NCBI GenBank assembly: GCA_016180845.1
Contig: JACPAK010000001.1
Location: forward strand, 425,497 to 489,496
Direction of reading: 5' to 3'
Length of the DNA stretch: 64,000 bases
From: Deltaproteobacteria bacterium
GTDB taxonomy: Bacteria > UBA10199 > JACPAL01
Program-made: the position numbers and the translations under genes
Shown here: in pieces, positions 10,756 through 22,518 of the stretch
Layout: each line of letters opens with the position of its first letter
How positions within the stretch are numbered: position 1 is the first letter of the stretch
Notes under the pieces: model-generated
Database searches by the model: none
What the model was told of the DNA's origin: nothing
The model's input: the letters and a program-made list of their open reading frames with translations, nothing else

Positions 10756-12573
10756 TTATTTATTAATGAAAATTGAGAGAATCTGAATCGCTGCTGGAGT
10801 GACTCCGTAGATCCTCCTTGCCTGACCGAGAGATCTTGGCTTCACACGAGACAGTTTCTCAACCACCTCTCGAGAAAGACCAGGGATTCCTTCGAATGCA
10901 AAATTGTCAGGGATCCTCACCGTCTCCAGTTTTTCGAATCGATTCATCTCCAGCTTTTCTCTGCTGAGATATCCATCATATTTAACTTGAATCTCGGCCT
11001 CTTCTAAAGACTCTTTTGAAAATGGACCGCCATTAAATCCATATAAGTCAATGATATTACTAATATTTATCTCTGGCCTCTTCAGGATATCCAAAAGTCT
11101 TTCGCCTGAATAACGCCTCTCGAGCAAGACCAGGATATCGGCAATTTCCCGAACCTTTTTTTGAAAACGTTCGTAGTCTCGATTGCTGACCAAACCTAAG
11201 GATCGACCGGTTTCCCGAAGTCTCAAGTCGGCATTGTCCTCCCGAAGGTGGAGTCGGTATTCGGCGCGAGAGGTGAACATACGATACGGTTCCTCGCGAT
11301 CCTCGACGATGACCCCTTTGGTCACTAGATCATCGATCAAGAGACCGATGTAGGCATCGGTTCGACTTAAAATGAGCGGTCCCTTCCCTTGAAGTTTCAA
11401 GACAGCATTGACCCCTGCGATGAACCCCTGAGCCGCCGCCTCTTCATATCCGGTTGTCCCATTGATCTGACCCGCGTGATAAAGCCCTTCGATCCTCTTG
11501 GTTTCCAAGGTAGGGGAGAGTTCTGTCGGTGAGACATAGTCATACTCAATCGCATAACCTGGCTTACGAATCTCAACCTTTTCGAGTCCCTCAATAGACC
11601 GGAGCATCTCATGTTGAACCTCAAGTGGGAGAGAGGTGGAGAGACCGTTTGGGTACCACTCGAGTGTTTTCAATCCCTCCGGCTCCAAAAAAATCTGGTG
11701 CCTCGATTTTCCCGAGAACTTGACAATCTTGTCCTCGATCGAGGGACAATATCGTGGTCCTGTTGCTTGGATAGCCCCTCCATAAATAGCTGATTTTGAT
11801 AAGTTTTTTTTGATAATTCCGTGGGTTGTTTCGTTCGTGTAGGTTAGGTAACAAGGGATCTGATTAAGCTCGGGCTTAATCCCGGAAAAAGAGAAGAGGG
11901 GAGGGGGATCATCTCCGTCTTGTCTCTCCAATTTCGAAAAATGAATCGTCCTTCCATCAAGACGTGGACAGGTCCCTGTCTTTAAGCGACGGACGGGAAA
12001 TCCAAGATTTTTTAATTCTTCGCTGAGCCGCATCGAGGCAAAGTCACCGGCCCGACCTGCCGAATAATTTTTGAAACCGATATGAACGAGCCCCTTCAGA
12101 AAGGTCCCTGAACAGAGGATGACTGCCTTTGCGTGAAATACCTCACCGATATTTGTTTCGATCCCCTCGATCTTTTCATCGATGACCAAGATTCGATCGA
12201 CCATCGCCTGCTTGATATCAAGGTAAGACTGATTTTCCAAAATCCCCCTCATCTTGATCTTGTACTCAAGCATATCCGACTGACAGCGGGTTCCCCGCAC
12301 GGCGGGGCCTTTGCTCGCATTGAGCCGACGAAACTGGATGCCGGTCGCATCGGCCACCTTTCCCATCTCTCCACCGAGGGCGTCGATCTCACGGACAAGA
12401 TGCCCCTTTCCGATCCCACCAATCGCGGGATTGCAACTCATCTGGGCGATGTTTTCGATGTTCGAGGTGAGGAGCAGCGTCTGGCACCCCATTCGTGAGG
12501 CCGCCAGCGCCGCCTCACAACCGGCATGTCCGCCGCCGATCACGATGATGTCGTAATACTTATGGGAAGACAT
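10756..12573 (-). CDS. mnmG: tRNA uridine 5-carboxymethylaminomethyl modification enzyme MnmG (GidA)
   Basis: N-terminal FAD motif [12 protein letters not shown] and GidA similarity throughout its 605 aa. Confidence 0.95.
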   Translation of the reverse strand: MSSHKYYDIIVIGGGHAGCEAALAASRMGCQTLLLTSNIENIAQMSCNPAIGGIGKGHLVREIDALGGEMGKVADATGIQFRRLNASKGPAVRGTRCQSDMLEYKIKMRGILENQSYLDIKQAMVDRILVIDEKIEGIETNIGEVFHAKAVILCSGTFLKGLVHIGFKNYSAGRAGDFASMRLSEELKNLGFPVRRLKTGTCPRLDGRTIHFSKLERQDGDDPPPLFSFSGIKPELNQIPCYLTYTNETTHGIIKKNLSKSAIYGGAIQATGPRYCPSIEDKIVKFSGKSRHQIFLEPEGLKTLEWYPNGLSTSLPLEVQHEMLRSIEGLEKVEIRKPGYAIEYDYVSPTELSPTLETKRIEGLYHAGQINGTTGYEEAAAQGFIAGVNAVLKLQGKGPLILSRTDAYIGLLIDDLVTKGVIVEDREEPYRMFTSRAEYRLHLREDNADLRLRETGRSLGLVSNRDYERFQKKVREIADILVLLERRYSGERLLDILKRPEINISNIIDLYGFNGGPFSKESLEEAEIQVKYDGYLSREKLEMNRFEKLETVRIPDNFAFEGIPGLSREVVEKLSRVKPRSLGQARRIYGVTPAAIQILSIFINK

Positions 12574-12637
12574 AAGGCTTAGTTCTTACAATGAAGGGAA
12601 TGGCGGGTTCAATAGCCTTTAATTATAAATCATCAGA

Positions 12638-13318
12638 TCATCCCAAAAGATCATCCCAAAATAGTGCGTCCGAGGCAAAGACTGACAAATTGAGCAGAAA
12701 ATGAGCTGACCAACTCCTAAGAACGGCAGTCCGTAAACTCCGCGGGCCTGAAAGAGAATTGGCCAGAAAGAGTCTGCCAAAAAGAAATCCAACTAACCCC
12801 TTTTGTGTCAATGAAACAACTGACTCCCAAGGGTTCGTAAGATGAAAGGCAGAGAAAAGGAGCGCCTGAACAATATTCAAGACCGGTGGCGCCCAGCTTC
12901 TCTTGATCAACCTTGTTCCCACCCCCAAAATTCCAAAACGAAAAGGTACCTCCTCTAGTAAAAAATTTATAAGGGCGATTCCAGCAACAAGCCCCACCCA
13001 TGCTCCCACCATGCTTTCCCCATTAAAAGTATCTTTCAGGTCTTTATTTATTTCAGCAGCCTCGGATGCGGAATAAACAGAAACCTCATGGTCCCACCCT
13101 GCTTCATGAAGTGCTATAGCCGCTGGCAGGGTTAAATTCCCAAGCAAGACAGTCCTTAGAACCGTCGGCTCCTTGAGCCATTGTCCTGCGCGGGAGACCG
13201 CTCTTATAAATGAGGAGGGTGTAAAAGGAGGAACATTCAGGGCAGGCAAGGTCCCTGATAGAACAGGGGTATGACGACTCACAACTTGGGCAACTCTTCT
13301 AAGGGCTGGACCTAACAT
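12638..13318 (-). CDS. CPBP-family intramembrane metalloprotease
   Basis: Multi-TM protein with EEVPFRFG (EExxxR) and FSAFH (FxxxH) motifs. Confidence 0.7.
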   Translation of the reverse strand: MLGPALRRVAQVVSRHTPVLSGTLPALNVPPFTPSSFIRAVSRAGQWLKEPTVLRTVLLGNLTLPAAIALHEAGWDHEVSVYSASEAAEINKDLKDTFNGESMVGAWVGLVAGIALINFLLEEVPFRFGILGVGTRLIKRSWAPPVLNIVQALLFSAFHLTNPWESVVSLTQKGLVGFLFGRLFLANSLSGPRSLRTAVLRSWSAHFLLNLSVFASDALFWDDLLG

Positions 13319-13396
13319 ACAATAGGTTATCGGTTATTTTCTCAATGAGTTGTCTAGATTAAGCTGGTTGACAAACACTCCTATCGTTGAGTAAAA

Positions 13397-14602
13397 TTGC
13401 TCAATATTATGAGTAAATTGTATAAACGTAGTATTATCAATATTTTAATAGCTCGCCTTGAAGAGCCACTCCGATTTATCCAGGTCCTTTCCGGCCCCCG
13501 GCAGGTGGGAAAAACAACGCTGGCAGAGCAGGCGCAAAAAGAACTTTCGATCCCATCTCATTACGCCTCGGCTGATCAGACCACCCTCCAGGGCCCCACT
13601 TGGATTGAAGAACAATGGGAAATGGGCCGCCTTAAAGTCAAGGCCTCGAAAGAGGCTGTTCTGTTTCTTGATGAGGTTCATAAAATTGATAACTGGTCCG
13701 AGGTGGTTAAACGTCTCTGGGACGAAGACCGCCACCAAAACATTTCTTTAAAAGTTGTCTTGCTCGGCTCTTCCCCTCTTTTGCTCCAGACAGGGCTGAC
13801 TGAAAGCCTGGCCGGGCGTTTTGAAATTATTCCGGTCAAACATTGGTCTTATGTTGAAATGAAAGAGGCGTACGATTGGAGCTTGGAACAATATGTTTTT
13901 TTTGGGGGGTACCCTGGCGCCGCTGAACTCATTCATGACGAGGACCGATGGTCACATTATATTCTGAATTCCCTCATCGAGACAACCATCTCCAGAGACA
14001 TTCTTCTCCTGAAACGAGTCGACAAACCGGCTTTGTTGCGACGCCTTTTTCAATTGGGATGCGACTATTCCTCGCAAATTCTCTCCTACCAAAAAATGTT
14101 GGGGCAGCTTCAAGAGGAAGGAAACACGACCACGCTGGCCCATTATTTAGATCTCATGGGAGGATGTGGTCTTGTGAGCGGACTTCCCAAGTTCAGTGGT
14201 TCCCGGCAACGTCAACGGGGATCGAGTCCTAAACTACAGGTCTGGAACAACGCCTTGATCTCAGCTCAATCACCACTTTTATTTGAAGAGGCCCAAAGGG
14301 ATAAAGAGCGGTGGGGCAGGCTTGTCGAATCGGCCGTGGGGGGACATCTCCTGAATGAAGTTCGAGGAACAAAAACAGAACTTTTTTATTGGCGTGAAAA
14401 AAATCGGGAGGTCGATTTTGTTTTAAAGAAAGGGGCCAAAATCACGGCGATCGAAATCAAAAGCGGGCGCAAGAGAGAAAGTTTCCCCGGTATGGAAATG
14501 TTCTCAACATTGTTTCACCCTCAAAAGAAGATTGCCATCGGGACGGGGGGAATTCCCCTTGAGGATTTCTTCAGAAAACCGATCCGTGATTGGATTGAAT
14601 GA
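13397..14602 (+). CDS. AAA-family ATPase with DUF4143-like C-terminal domain
   Basis: Walker A GPRQVGKTTL and Walker B VLFLDEVH. About 400 aa, typical of AAA_14/DUF4143 proteins. Confidence 0.75.
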   Translation: MLNIMSKLYKRSIINILIARLEEPLRFIQVLSGPRQVGKTTLAEQAQKELSIPSHYASADQTTLQGPTWIEEQWEMGRLKVKASKEAVLFLDEVHKIDNWSEVVKRLWDEDRHQNISLKVVLLGSSPLLLQTGLTESLAGRFEIIPVKHWSYVEMKEAYDWSLEQYVFFGGYPGAAELIHDEDRWSHYILNSLIETTISRDILLLKRVDKPALLRRLFQLGCDYSSQILSYQKMLGQLQEEGNTTTLAHYLDLMGGCGLVSGLPKFSGSRQRQRGSSPKLQVWNNALISAQSPLLFEEAQRDKERWGRLVESAVGGHLLNEVRGTKTELFYWREKNREVDFVLKKGAKITAIEIKSGRKRESFPGMEMFSTLFHPQKKIAIGTGGIPLEDFFRKPIRDWIE

Positions 14603-15328
14603 CGCTGCCTCGTTCAGAAAAACGGAGGCGGAGAAGAAGAGAAGGGCGAAGGCACCGAGTTTGAAAAAGCCGGAGCCCCAACTATTGAGACCCTCCAAAG
14701 GCCCTCGTAGGTGATCTGCGGCACGGACAGCGAGGTCGGCAATAATGCGAGGTCTGCGATGGATATGGCGAACATCCAAACCCTGTGGGGCCCGAGGGAC
14801 TGAATAAACTCCATCGAATTCGACATGCTCAGCCCCCTCCCGTATCCGAGTCAGGACCTTCTGTGCCTTCTCAGTCACCTCAGCTCCCACTTTTTCCTCT
14901 CTGACAAGATTGGCCCCCCGTTTTCCCTCTGGAGTCACCATTGTCTCGGTACGAACACCCTCTATCTCCGTAGAACGAAGAATAAACCCGGAATTTGAGG
15001 GAGAAGCCCCTTCAGCAGCGGTGGGAAAGAAGGCAGCCCAACCCTGCTGATCATTAACCCGATGATCCATTCGTGTGTATTTAAAAAGGTAGATCCAGGG
15101 ACCATCCTGAACCTGGACACAACGGGAATATCCATCGCTTACAGGTCGCTTCACACTCAGGATAGAAACGCCCCTATGTTCAAACGCAATAACATTGAGA
15201 TTGGTTCGATGATCAACGTAACGAGCGGAATACTCATCGGCTGTCAAACCATTTCCATCGATTGATCGGTAGCCGAGTCTCTCCAGGGTTGCCAAGATCA
15301 GCGAGAGTCGAGGACTTAGGATCCCCAC
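14504..15328 (-). CDS. hypothetical tail-anchored protein (paralog 2)
   Basis: GTG start abuts the stop of the upstream paralog. Shares the SVPRAP...AVRAA..LRGP...FFK.G motif and a C-terminal TM helix with 15329-16108. Confidence 0.55.
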   Translation of the reverse strand: MGILSPRLSLILATLERLGYRSIDGNGLTADEYSARYVDHRTNLNVIAFEHRGVSILSVKRPVSDGYSRCVQVQDGPWIYLFKYTRMDHRVNDQQGWAAFFPTAAEGASPSNSGFILRSTEIEGVRTETMVTPEGKRGANLVREEKVGAEVTEKAQKVLTRIREGAEHVEFDGVYSVPRAPQGLDVRHIHRRPRIIADLAVRAADHLRGPLEGLNSWGSGFFKLGAFALLFFSASVFLNEAASFNPITDRFSEEILKGNSPRPDGNLLLRVKQC

Positions 15329-16108
15329 TCAGGCCTCAACTTTCTTAGAGGTGATCTGAGAACCAAGATAAATAGAAGTGGAGACAAAGAGGGCGATCAT
15401 GCCAACCTTAAAAAAACTGGCGTCCCAATCCCGAAGCTCGATCCAGGGGCCTCGTAGAAAGTTGGCGGCCCGAATGGCCAATTCCGTCATCAGATGGGTA
15501 ATCCCCTGAGTTGATCTCGCTGCCAGATTTCCGGGGGCACGAGGCACAGAATGTTCGAGGATCTCGGCGCTGGTCGGATGGATTTGCGCTGGTGGAAAAA
15601 CCTTTCTTGTCTTGTTAACAACAGTACCCCTCAGCTCTCTTTGTGTGACAACAATGACTTCCGCCCTCCGGAATGAAAGATGATTTCGCGTGGTCGGATC
15701 GTCGGGATCAACAGGATGTAGGTAAACATCGGTTTGTTTCGGTAGGGTACCGCATTCTTGAGTTCTTTGAAAGGATGCAGAAGCGGTATGGGTTTCCCTC
15801 TCGGTCGCAAGATCAGCCCCCTGACGAACATATTTATAAACATCAACGGCATCGTCTCGAAGAGAAACATTAACAAGATTCATTCGGGCAGTCCCGCCTA
15901 CCCATCGTGCCACTCGTAAAGAGGTTGTCTCTTTCTCGCGTTCGGCGAGGATGGTCAGTCCGTTCCCCGAGTCGTAATAAAGCGCTTTGTCGACTTTATC
16001 GTCTTGTTCCCGAGTTATTTTTGTCCAATCAATGGAATCAATGGGCCCAATACCCAGCTGCTGATAGGTATGAACGACAAGTGAGAGAAGGAGATCAACA
16101 GACCCCAT
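15329..16108 (-). CDS. hypothetical tail-anchored protein (paralog 1)
   Basis: 259 aa with a single C-terminal TM helix (MIALFVSTSIYLG). Paralogous to 14504-15328. Confidence 0.55.
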   Translation of the reverse strand: MGSVDLLLSLVVHTYQQLGIGPIDSIDWTKITREQDDKVDKALYYDSGNGLTILAEREKETTSLRVARWVGGTARMNLVNVSLRDDAVDVYKYVRQGADLATERETHTASASFQRTQECGTLPKQTDVYLHPVDPDDPTTRNHLSFRRAEVIVVTQRELRGTVVNKTRKVFPPAQIHPTSAEILEHSVPRAPGNLAARSTQGITHLMTELAIRAANFLRGPWIELRDWDASFFKVGMIALFVSTSIYLGSQITSKKVEA

Positions 16109-16165
16109 TTGCTGCCTCCTGAAAAGCCTATCGAAGCGGAACTGTATGAGGTTGCCAGAAAAAAG

Positions 16166-17536
16166 CTACTTCCCGATACAAAATTTTGAAAAAATTTCCC
16201 CAAGAACCGCTTCCGACGTAATCTCTCCGGTGATTTCCGACAAGTGATTCGTCGCGATCCGAAGGTCTGAAACCAGGAATTCGTATGAAAGCCTCTTTTG
16301 GGCCGACTCATAAACCGCATGCAGCGCCTCAACCCCTTTTTCCAATGCCATCTTGTGACGCAGGCTTGTGAGTACGAGATCTGAACTCCTGTCTCCTTTT
16401 AGAAAATGGGCCCGGATCGACGACTTGAGCTCCTCGAGACCGATGCCCCCTTTTGCCGAAACGGGGAATAAATGATTCGATCGACTCCGATCGAGCAGAT
16501 AGGTCGCCGGAAAAGCGGCTGGCAGATCAATCTTGTTATAGACACAAAAAAAGTTTCTTTCCTTTAGTGAGGCGAGAACCTCTTCATCTTCATCGTTCCA
16601 AGGGCGATTTGAATCAAAAACAGCGAGGATGAGGTCAGCCGCCTGGATCCGATCGATCGTTCGACGAATTCCTAAGGCCTCGATAGGTTCAGGATCGTGA
16701 CGAATCCCAGCGGTATCCAGAAAGCGAACCGGCAACCCTTCCAGATCAATTGTCTCTTCAACAACATCTCGAGTGGTCCCAGGAGTTTCGTGGACAATCG
16801 CCCTTTCCTGCCGAACTAGCGAGTTTAGAAGAGACGATTTGCCGGCATTGGGACGTCCGACAATCGCCACACGAGCCCCGTCTCGATAGATCCGGCCCTC
16901 CTGATAGGTCTTGAGTAATGAGACGATCTCGTTTTCGACAGATGAAATCCGATCGCTGATCTCGTTGTATCGTAGTCCTTGGACATCCTCATCCTCTGGG
17001 AAATCGATCATCGCCTCCATCTGAGCCCTCAAGACTGTCAGGTTATTCTTAAGTTTTGAGATAAAGAGTGATAGCGACCCCGCAAGCTGCCTTTCCGCGA
17101 GCCTTGCCGCTTCACGGTTTGTTGCACTGATCAGATCCGCGACAGCCTCTGCCTGAGCAAGATCCACCTTTCCATTCTTGAAGGCGCGGAGGGTAAATTC
17201 ACCCGGCTCGGCCAACCTCGCCCCAGAGGCCAAGAGATTCTCAAGGATCAATTCTAAAATTGCCCAGCTTCCATGGGCATGAATCTCGAGGGTATCCTCC
17301 CCGGTGTATGACGAGGGGTCCTTCATCCAGACGGCTAATACCTGATCGATCGTCTCACCATTGGAAATCGATCGGATCTCTCCAAGATAGAACCTCCTTG
17401 GCTCAAATTGATCAGGCCCTATTCCAAACCATGTTTTTTTCAAAATGGAGAGGGAATCAGGACCGGAAAGTCTGACGATCCCAATAGCACCGCTCCCTGA
17501 GGCTGTTGATATCGCCGCTATGGTTTCATTTTTCAT
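16166..17536 (-). CDS. mnmE: tRNA modification GTPase MnmE (TrmE)
   Basis: G-domain GRPNAGKSSLLN and DTAG motifs, and the canonical C-terminal FCIGK. Confidence 0.95.
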   Translation of the reverse strand: MKNETIAAISTASGSGAIGIVRLSGPDSLSILKKTWFGIGPDQFEPRRFYLGEIRSISNGETIDQVLAVWMKDPSSYTGEDTLEIHAHGSWAILELILENLLASGARLAEPGEFTLRAFKNGKVDLAQAEAVADLISATNREAARLAERQLAGSLSLFISKLKNNLTVLRAQMEAMIDFPEDEDVQGLRYNEISDRISSVENEIVSLLKTYQEGRIYRDGARVAIVGRPNAGKSSLLNSLVRQERAIVHETPGTTRDVVEETIDLEGLPVRFLDTAGIRHDPEPIEALGIRRTIDRIQAADLILAVFDSNRPWNDEDEEVLASLKERNFFCVYNKIDLPAAFPATYLLDRSRSNHLFPVSAKGGIGLEELKSSIRAHFLKGDRSSDLVLTSLRHKMALEKGVEALHAVYESAQKRLSYEFLVSDLRIATNHLSEITGEITSEAVLGEIFSKFCIGK

Positions 17537-17618
17537 ATAGATATCAAATAGTTAACCATAAGATCACACAGGGGAATCACAATGTTACCCACACCCCTTT
17601 AAACATTGAGTCCCCCCC

Positions 17619-17646
17619 TTGACAAGTGGTGGGAAATGACTATATT
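17619..17646 (+). promoter_or_regulatory. candidate sigma70-type promoter of groES-groEL
   Basis: TTGACA (17619-17624), a 16-nt spacer, then TATATT (17641-17646), about 75 nt upstream of groES. Confidence 0.5.
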
Positions 17647-17721
17647 CCCGCCGCCTTTGGCAAGAGGCAAAATTTAACGACTCAAAACTAATTTTATTTT
17701 TAAAAGGAGGTTCAGAAGACC

Positions 17722-19688
<1,967 letters not shown>

Positions 19689-19712
19689 ATTAGCTGTTGT
19701 TGATGCTTGTTC

Positions 19713-19749
19713 AAAGCGCCCCCGTTTGGCGGGGGCGCTTTTTTCTTTT
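19713..19749 (+). terminator. rho-independent terminator of groESL
   Basis: AAAGCGCCCCCG / CGGGGGCGCTTT stem with a TTTGG loop, followed by a T-run. Confidence 0.8.
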
Positions 19750-19788
19750 GTTTGACTCTCCACTGAAAAATACTAACATGCAGTCGCC

Positions 19789-21555
19789 TTGGGGATCAGA
19801 AAGAGAGCATCTTTGCGACGCACTGTTCCAATATTTATTATCCTCGTCGTAGCTCCGTTTACTGTCAGTGCCTTTGATTTCTCGGCACCTGGTTATTTTC
19901 GGAACCGTATTGTTGCCTATCATGATCTCGACACCCAACAACCCTCCAGCGTCGATCAAGGAGGTCTTGGGGGCAACGATCGATTTGGTTCGATGCTCTT
20001 TACCCAGCATCGCCTCAGGCTCGATCCAACCCTCAAGCTAAACGACAACATATCGATCCATAGTCAATTTGACATCCTCGATAATGTCATTGCTGGGACC
20101 GAGGAAACAAAACAGATCGACTTTCTCTCACCGATTGTCGGGACGATTCAACTCCCGGGGGCTGGCGGAACGATCGGGACGACGGGGGGTGAGGCGGGGG
20201 AAAATAAGGCGCTCAATGTCAGACGCGTTTATATGGATCTGCTGACGCCTGGGGGGAAGTTTCGAATCGGACGGCAGCCATCCCATTGGGGCTTAGGGAT
20301 CTTTCAACATGGCGGAAATGGGCCGTATGACGATTTTGGGGATAGTGCCGATCGTCTCCTCTGGCTTGCGGGGATAGAGCAGGAAGGGTTTGGAATGATC
20401 TCTCTGGGTGCCTCGGCCGACGTTGCCTTTACGAAACAGACCGACCCCCGAATCAGTGGATTAGGCGGCACCTTAACAACTCCTCAGGAGGATATGCGGC
20501 AGTTTGCCGGAATCCTTATCTATGAATGGGATGAGGTATTTACACTCGGTACCTTTGCCGGTGTCCGTTATCGAAATGGACGTGAAGGTCAGACGACGAC
20601 GACAGCACGGCCTATCCTCGTCGATGGGAATGGAGAACCGATTCTGGATGCGAATGACAACGCCCAACTGGGAGATCTCGCCCCGGCCGGTAAGGACGGA
20701 AATACACTGATTCGGTTTGGAGATATCTATTTGGCGGTAGGGAATGGTCCCTGGAAGCTTCAGGGCGAATTTGCCGTCATGACAGGTAAGCTCGCTACTG
20801 GTTTGGCGGTTGATGCGATTCCCTTTAATAATCTCCCAGCAAACGCGCGTGGGCCGATTGAAGTTCCTTCCTCCGGAAATGAAAACAGTCTCCTCGTTTA
20901 CATGGGGGCTGCGGAATTAAAGGGGGATTATGGTTTTGGAGAATTTCTTTTCCAGGGAGGGTATGCCTCAGGGGACTCACAACCGATGTCGTCTCGGATA
21001 ACCCAATTCGGGTTTAGACCCGATTATCAGATTGCGATGCTCCTCTTTCATGCGCCCCTTGGGACCTCTCCCAGAATTACACAGGCCAATGGGAATGGGG
21101 CTGGCAGCCGTACCTTAGTCGGTGCAGTACCGATCACGGGGAACTTCATCAATAACGCCTACTACGGCACCTTCGGTTACTGGCAGCACTTGAATCTCAA
21201 ACCGATTGTGGCGAAGGCAGGTCCTGCCAAGGCAGGTTTCAAGCTCATCACCGCCTGGGCCCCCGCCAACAACTATGACATCGATTTTTCACAGATGATA
21301 GGAATTGCCGACCTTCCGCATGTCGTTCAATCCCAAAAGTGGTACGGCATTGAATTCGATGGCAATTTCGAAGGACGGTTCTTCGATCACTTTTTATGGG
21401 ATGTCACAGGAGGCGTTCTCTTGCCGGGGCAGGCCTATGATGTCCAGGCGGATCTCTTGATCAATCCGTCAAACGCCGCCGGGATTCATGCGATTACCCC
21501 TGATCCGTCTAATTGGGTTTGGGGGGTTCGAACAAACTTAGTCGCTGAATTTTAA
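19789..21555 (+). CDS. putative outer-membrane beta-barrel protein (unknown family)
   Basis: Signal peptide (...VVAPFTVSA/FD), Gly/aromatic-rich alternating sequence, and a C-terminal ...NLVAEF with terminal Phe as in OMP insertion signals. Confidence 0.55.
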   Translation: MGIRKRASLRRTVPIFIILVVAPFTVSAFDFSAPGYFRNRIVAYHDLDTQQPSSVDQGGLGGNDRFGSMLFTQHRLRLDPTLKLNDNISIHSQFDILDNVIAGTEETKQIDFLSPIVGTIQLPGAGGTIGTTGGEAGENKALNVRRVYMDLLTPGGKFRIGRQPSHWGLGIFQHGGNGPYDDFGDSADRLLWLAGIEQEGFGMISLGASADVAFTKQTDPRISGLGGTLTTPQEDMRQFAGILIYEWDEVFTLGTFAGVRYRNGREGQTTTTARPILVDGNGEPILDANDNAQLGDLAPAGKDGNTLIRFGDIYLAVGNGPWKLQGEFAVMTGKLATGLAVDAIPFNNLPANARGPIEVPSSGNENSLLVYMGAAELKGDYGFGEFLFQGGYASGDSQPMSSRITQFGFRPDYQIAMLLFHAPLGTSPRITQANGNGAGSRTLVGAVPITGNFINNAYYGTFGYWQHLNLKPIVAKAGPAKAGFKLITAWAPANNYDIDFSQMIGIADLPHVVQSQKWYGIEFDGNFEGRFFDHFLWDVTGGVLLPGQAYDVQADLLINPSNAAGIHAITPDPSNWVWGVRTNLVAEF

Positions 21556-21885
21556 CTATTTCTTTTTGGATTCGTTGGCGTTCCCTGAATAGGGATTGAA
21601 CATCGTATAGAGATCCTGATGGGGACGGATGAACTTCTCTAATTCCCGACCTTGGAGATCTTTCTCATGGGCCTCACTCTGGGCCTTTTGAAGACCGTAA
21701 GTCGCTGCAAGGAACTTGAATCCGTCTGAAGAATGTGGTTTGTCGTCGAGATCGATCCAAAAAAGGGCATCTTCGATCAGATCGACCATGTAATCCTGTC
21801 GATCCTTTGGAAGGGAGAGAAATTTTGGGGAGTCAAAAAGGGCTTTTAACTTTGGCTGTTTTAAAATGAGTTCTTTGGCGGTCAT
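21556..21885 (-). CDS. hypothetical protein (109 aa)
   Basis: ORF 2 nt downstream of 21888-22331 on the same strand. I recognise no motif. Confidence 0.45.
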   Translation of the reverse strand: MTAKELILKQPKLKALFDSPKFLSLPKDRQDYMVDLIEDALFWIDLDDKPHSSDGFKFLAATYGLQKAQSEAHEKDLQGRELEKFIRPHQDLYTMFNPYSGNANESKKK

Positions 21886-21887
21886 TT

Positions 21888-22331
21888 TTACCCCCTTAGA
21901 GCCTGTTTGATCCCTTCTTCAACAGGGTTATAAAGAGCAACTCGCGCATCCCCAGCATTTAATCTCATTGTCTGAAAATCACCTTCGGACATCGCCCCCA
22001 AAGAACCACAGGCCTCTTGCCAACGGACAGGGGAACGATCAACCGCTGTCGTTCGGAAACGGGAGGCCCCGAGCACTGCCCCTGATCTTTCAGGACTTGC
22101 CTGGGTTAGTTTACGAAGACCGAGCGCCTCTTCCGCCTCACGGATGATACGATCCACATTCCCTACAGATGGATTGTCTTCTAATTGTCCAGCAAGTGAA
22201 GTAGCCTTTGTTGAGTTTTTTGGATGAAGTTGACCTAAAAGAACTTGGGCCTCTTGAACCTTTTCCCAATCGACCGCATATCTCTGTCCTGCTTGAGCCA
22301 TTCTCTTAATCTCATTAATTCCATCTGGCAT
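21888..22331 (-). CDS. hypothetical protein (147 aa)
   Basis: ATG preceded by a TAAGGAGG RBS. I recognise no motif. Confidence 0.5.
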   Translation of the reverse strand: MPDGINEIKRMAQAGQRYAVDWEKVQEAQVLLGQLHPKNSTKATSLAGQLEDNPSVGNVDRIIREAEEALGLRKLTQASPERSGAVLGASRFRTTAVDRSPVRWQEACGSLGAMSEGDFQTMRLNAGDARVALYNPVEEGIKQALRG

Positions 22332-22518
22332 ATCGGCCTCCTTAACGCCCTAATGAAGCAATTTCCCTGCCATCTCAACCACTTCGGTATAACTCAATAA
22401 CCAATTGAAATTATTAACTTTTCCATAAGTCCCCTTCGACCCATTGAGATCGCCCTGGGGTTTTCCCCCCTCACAATGGGGCGTCCTTCCAGATCTCCAT
22501 TCTTTCTTCACAATATTA

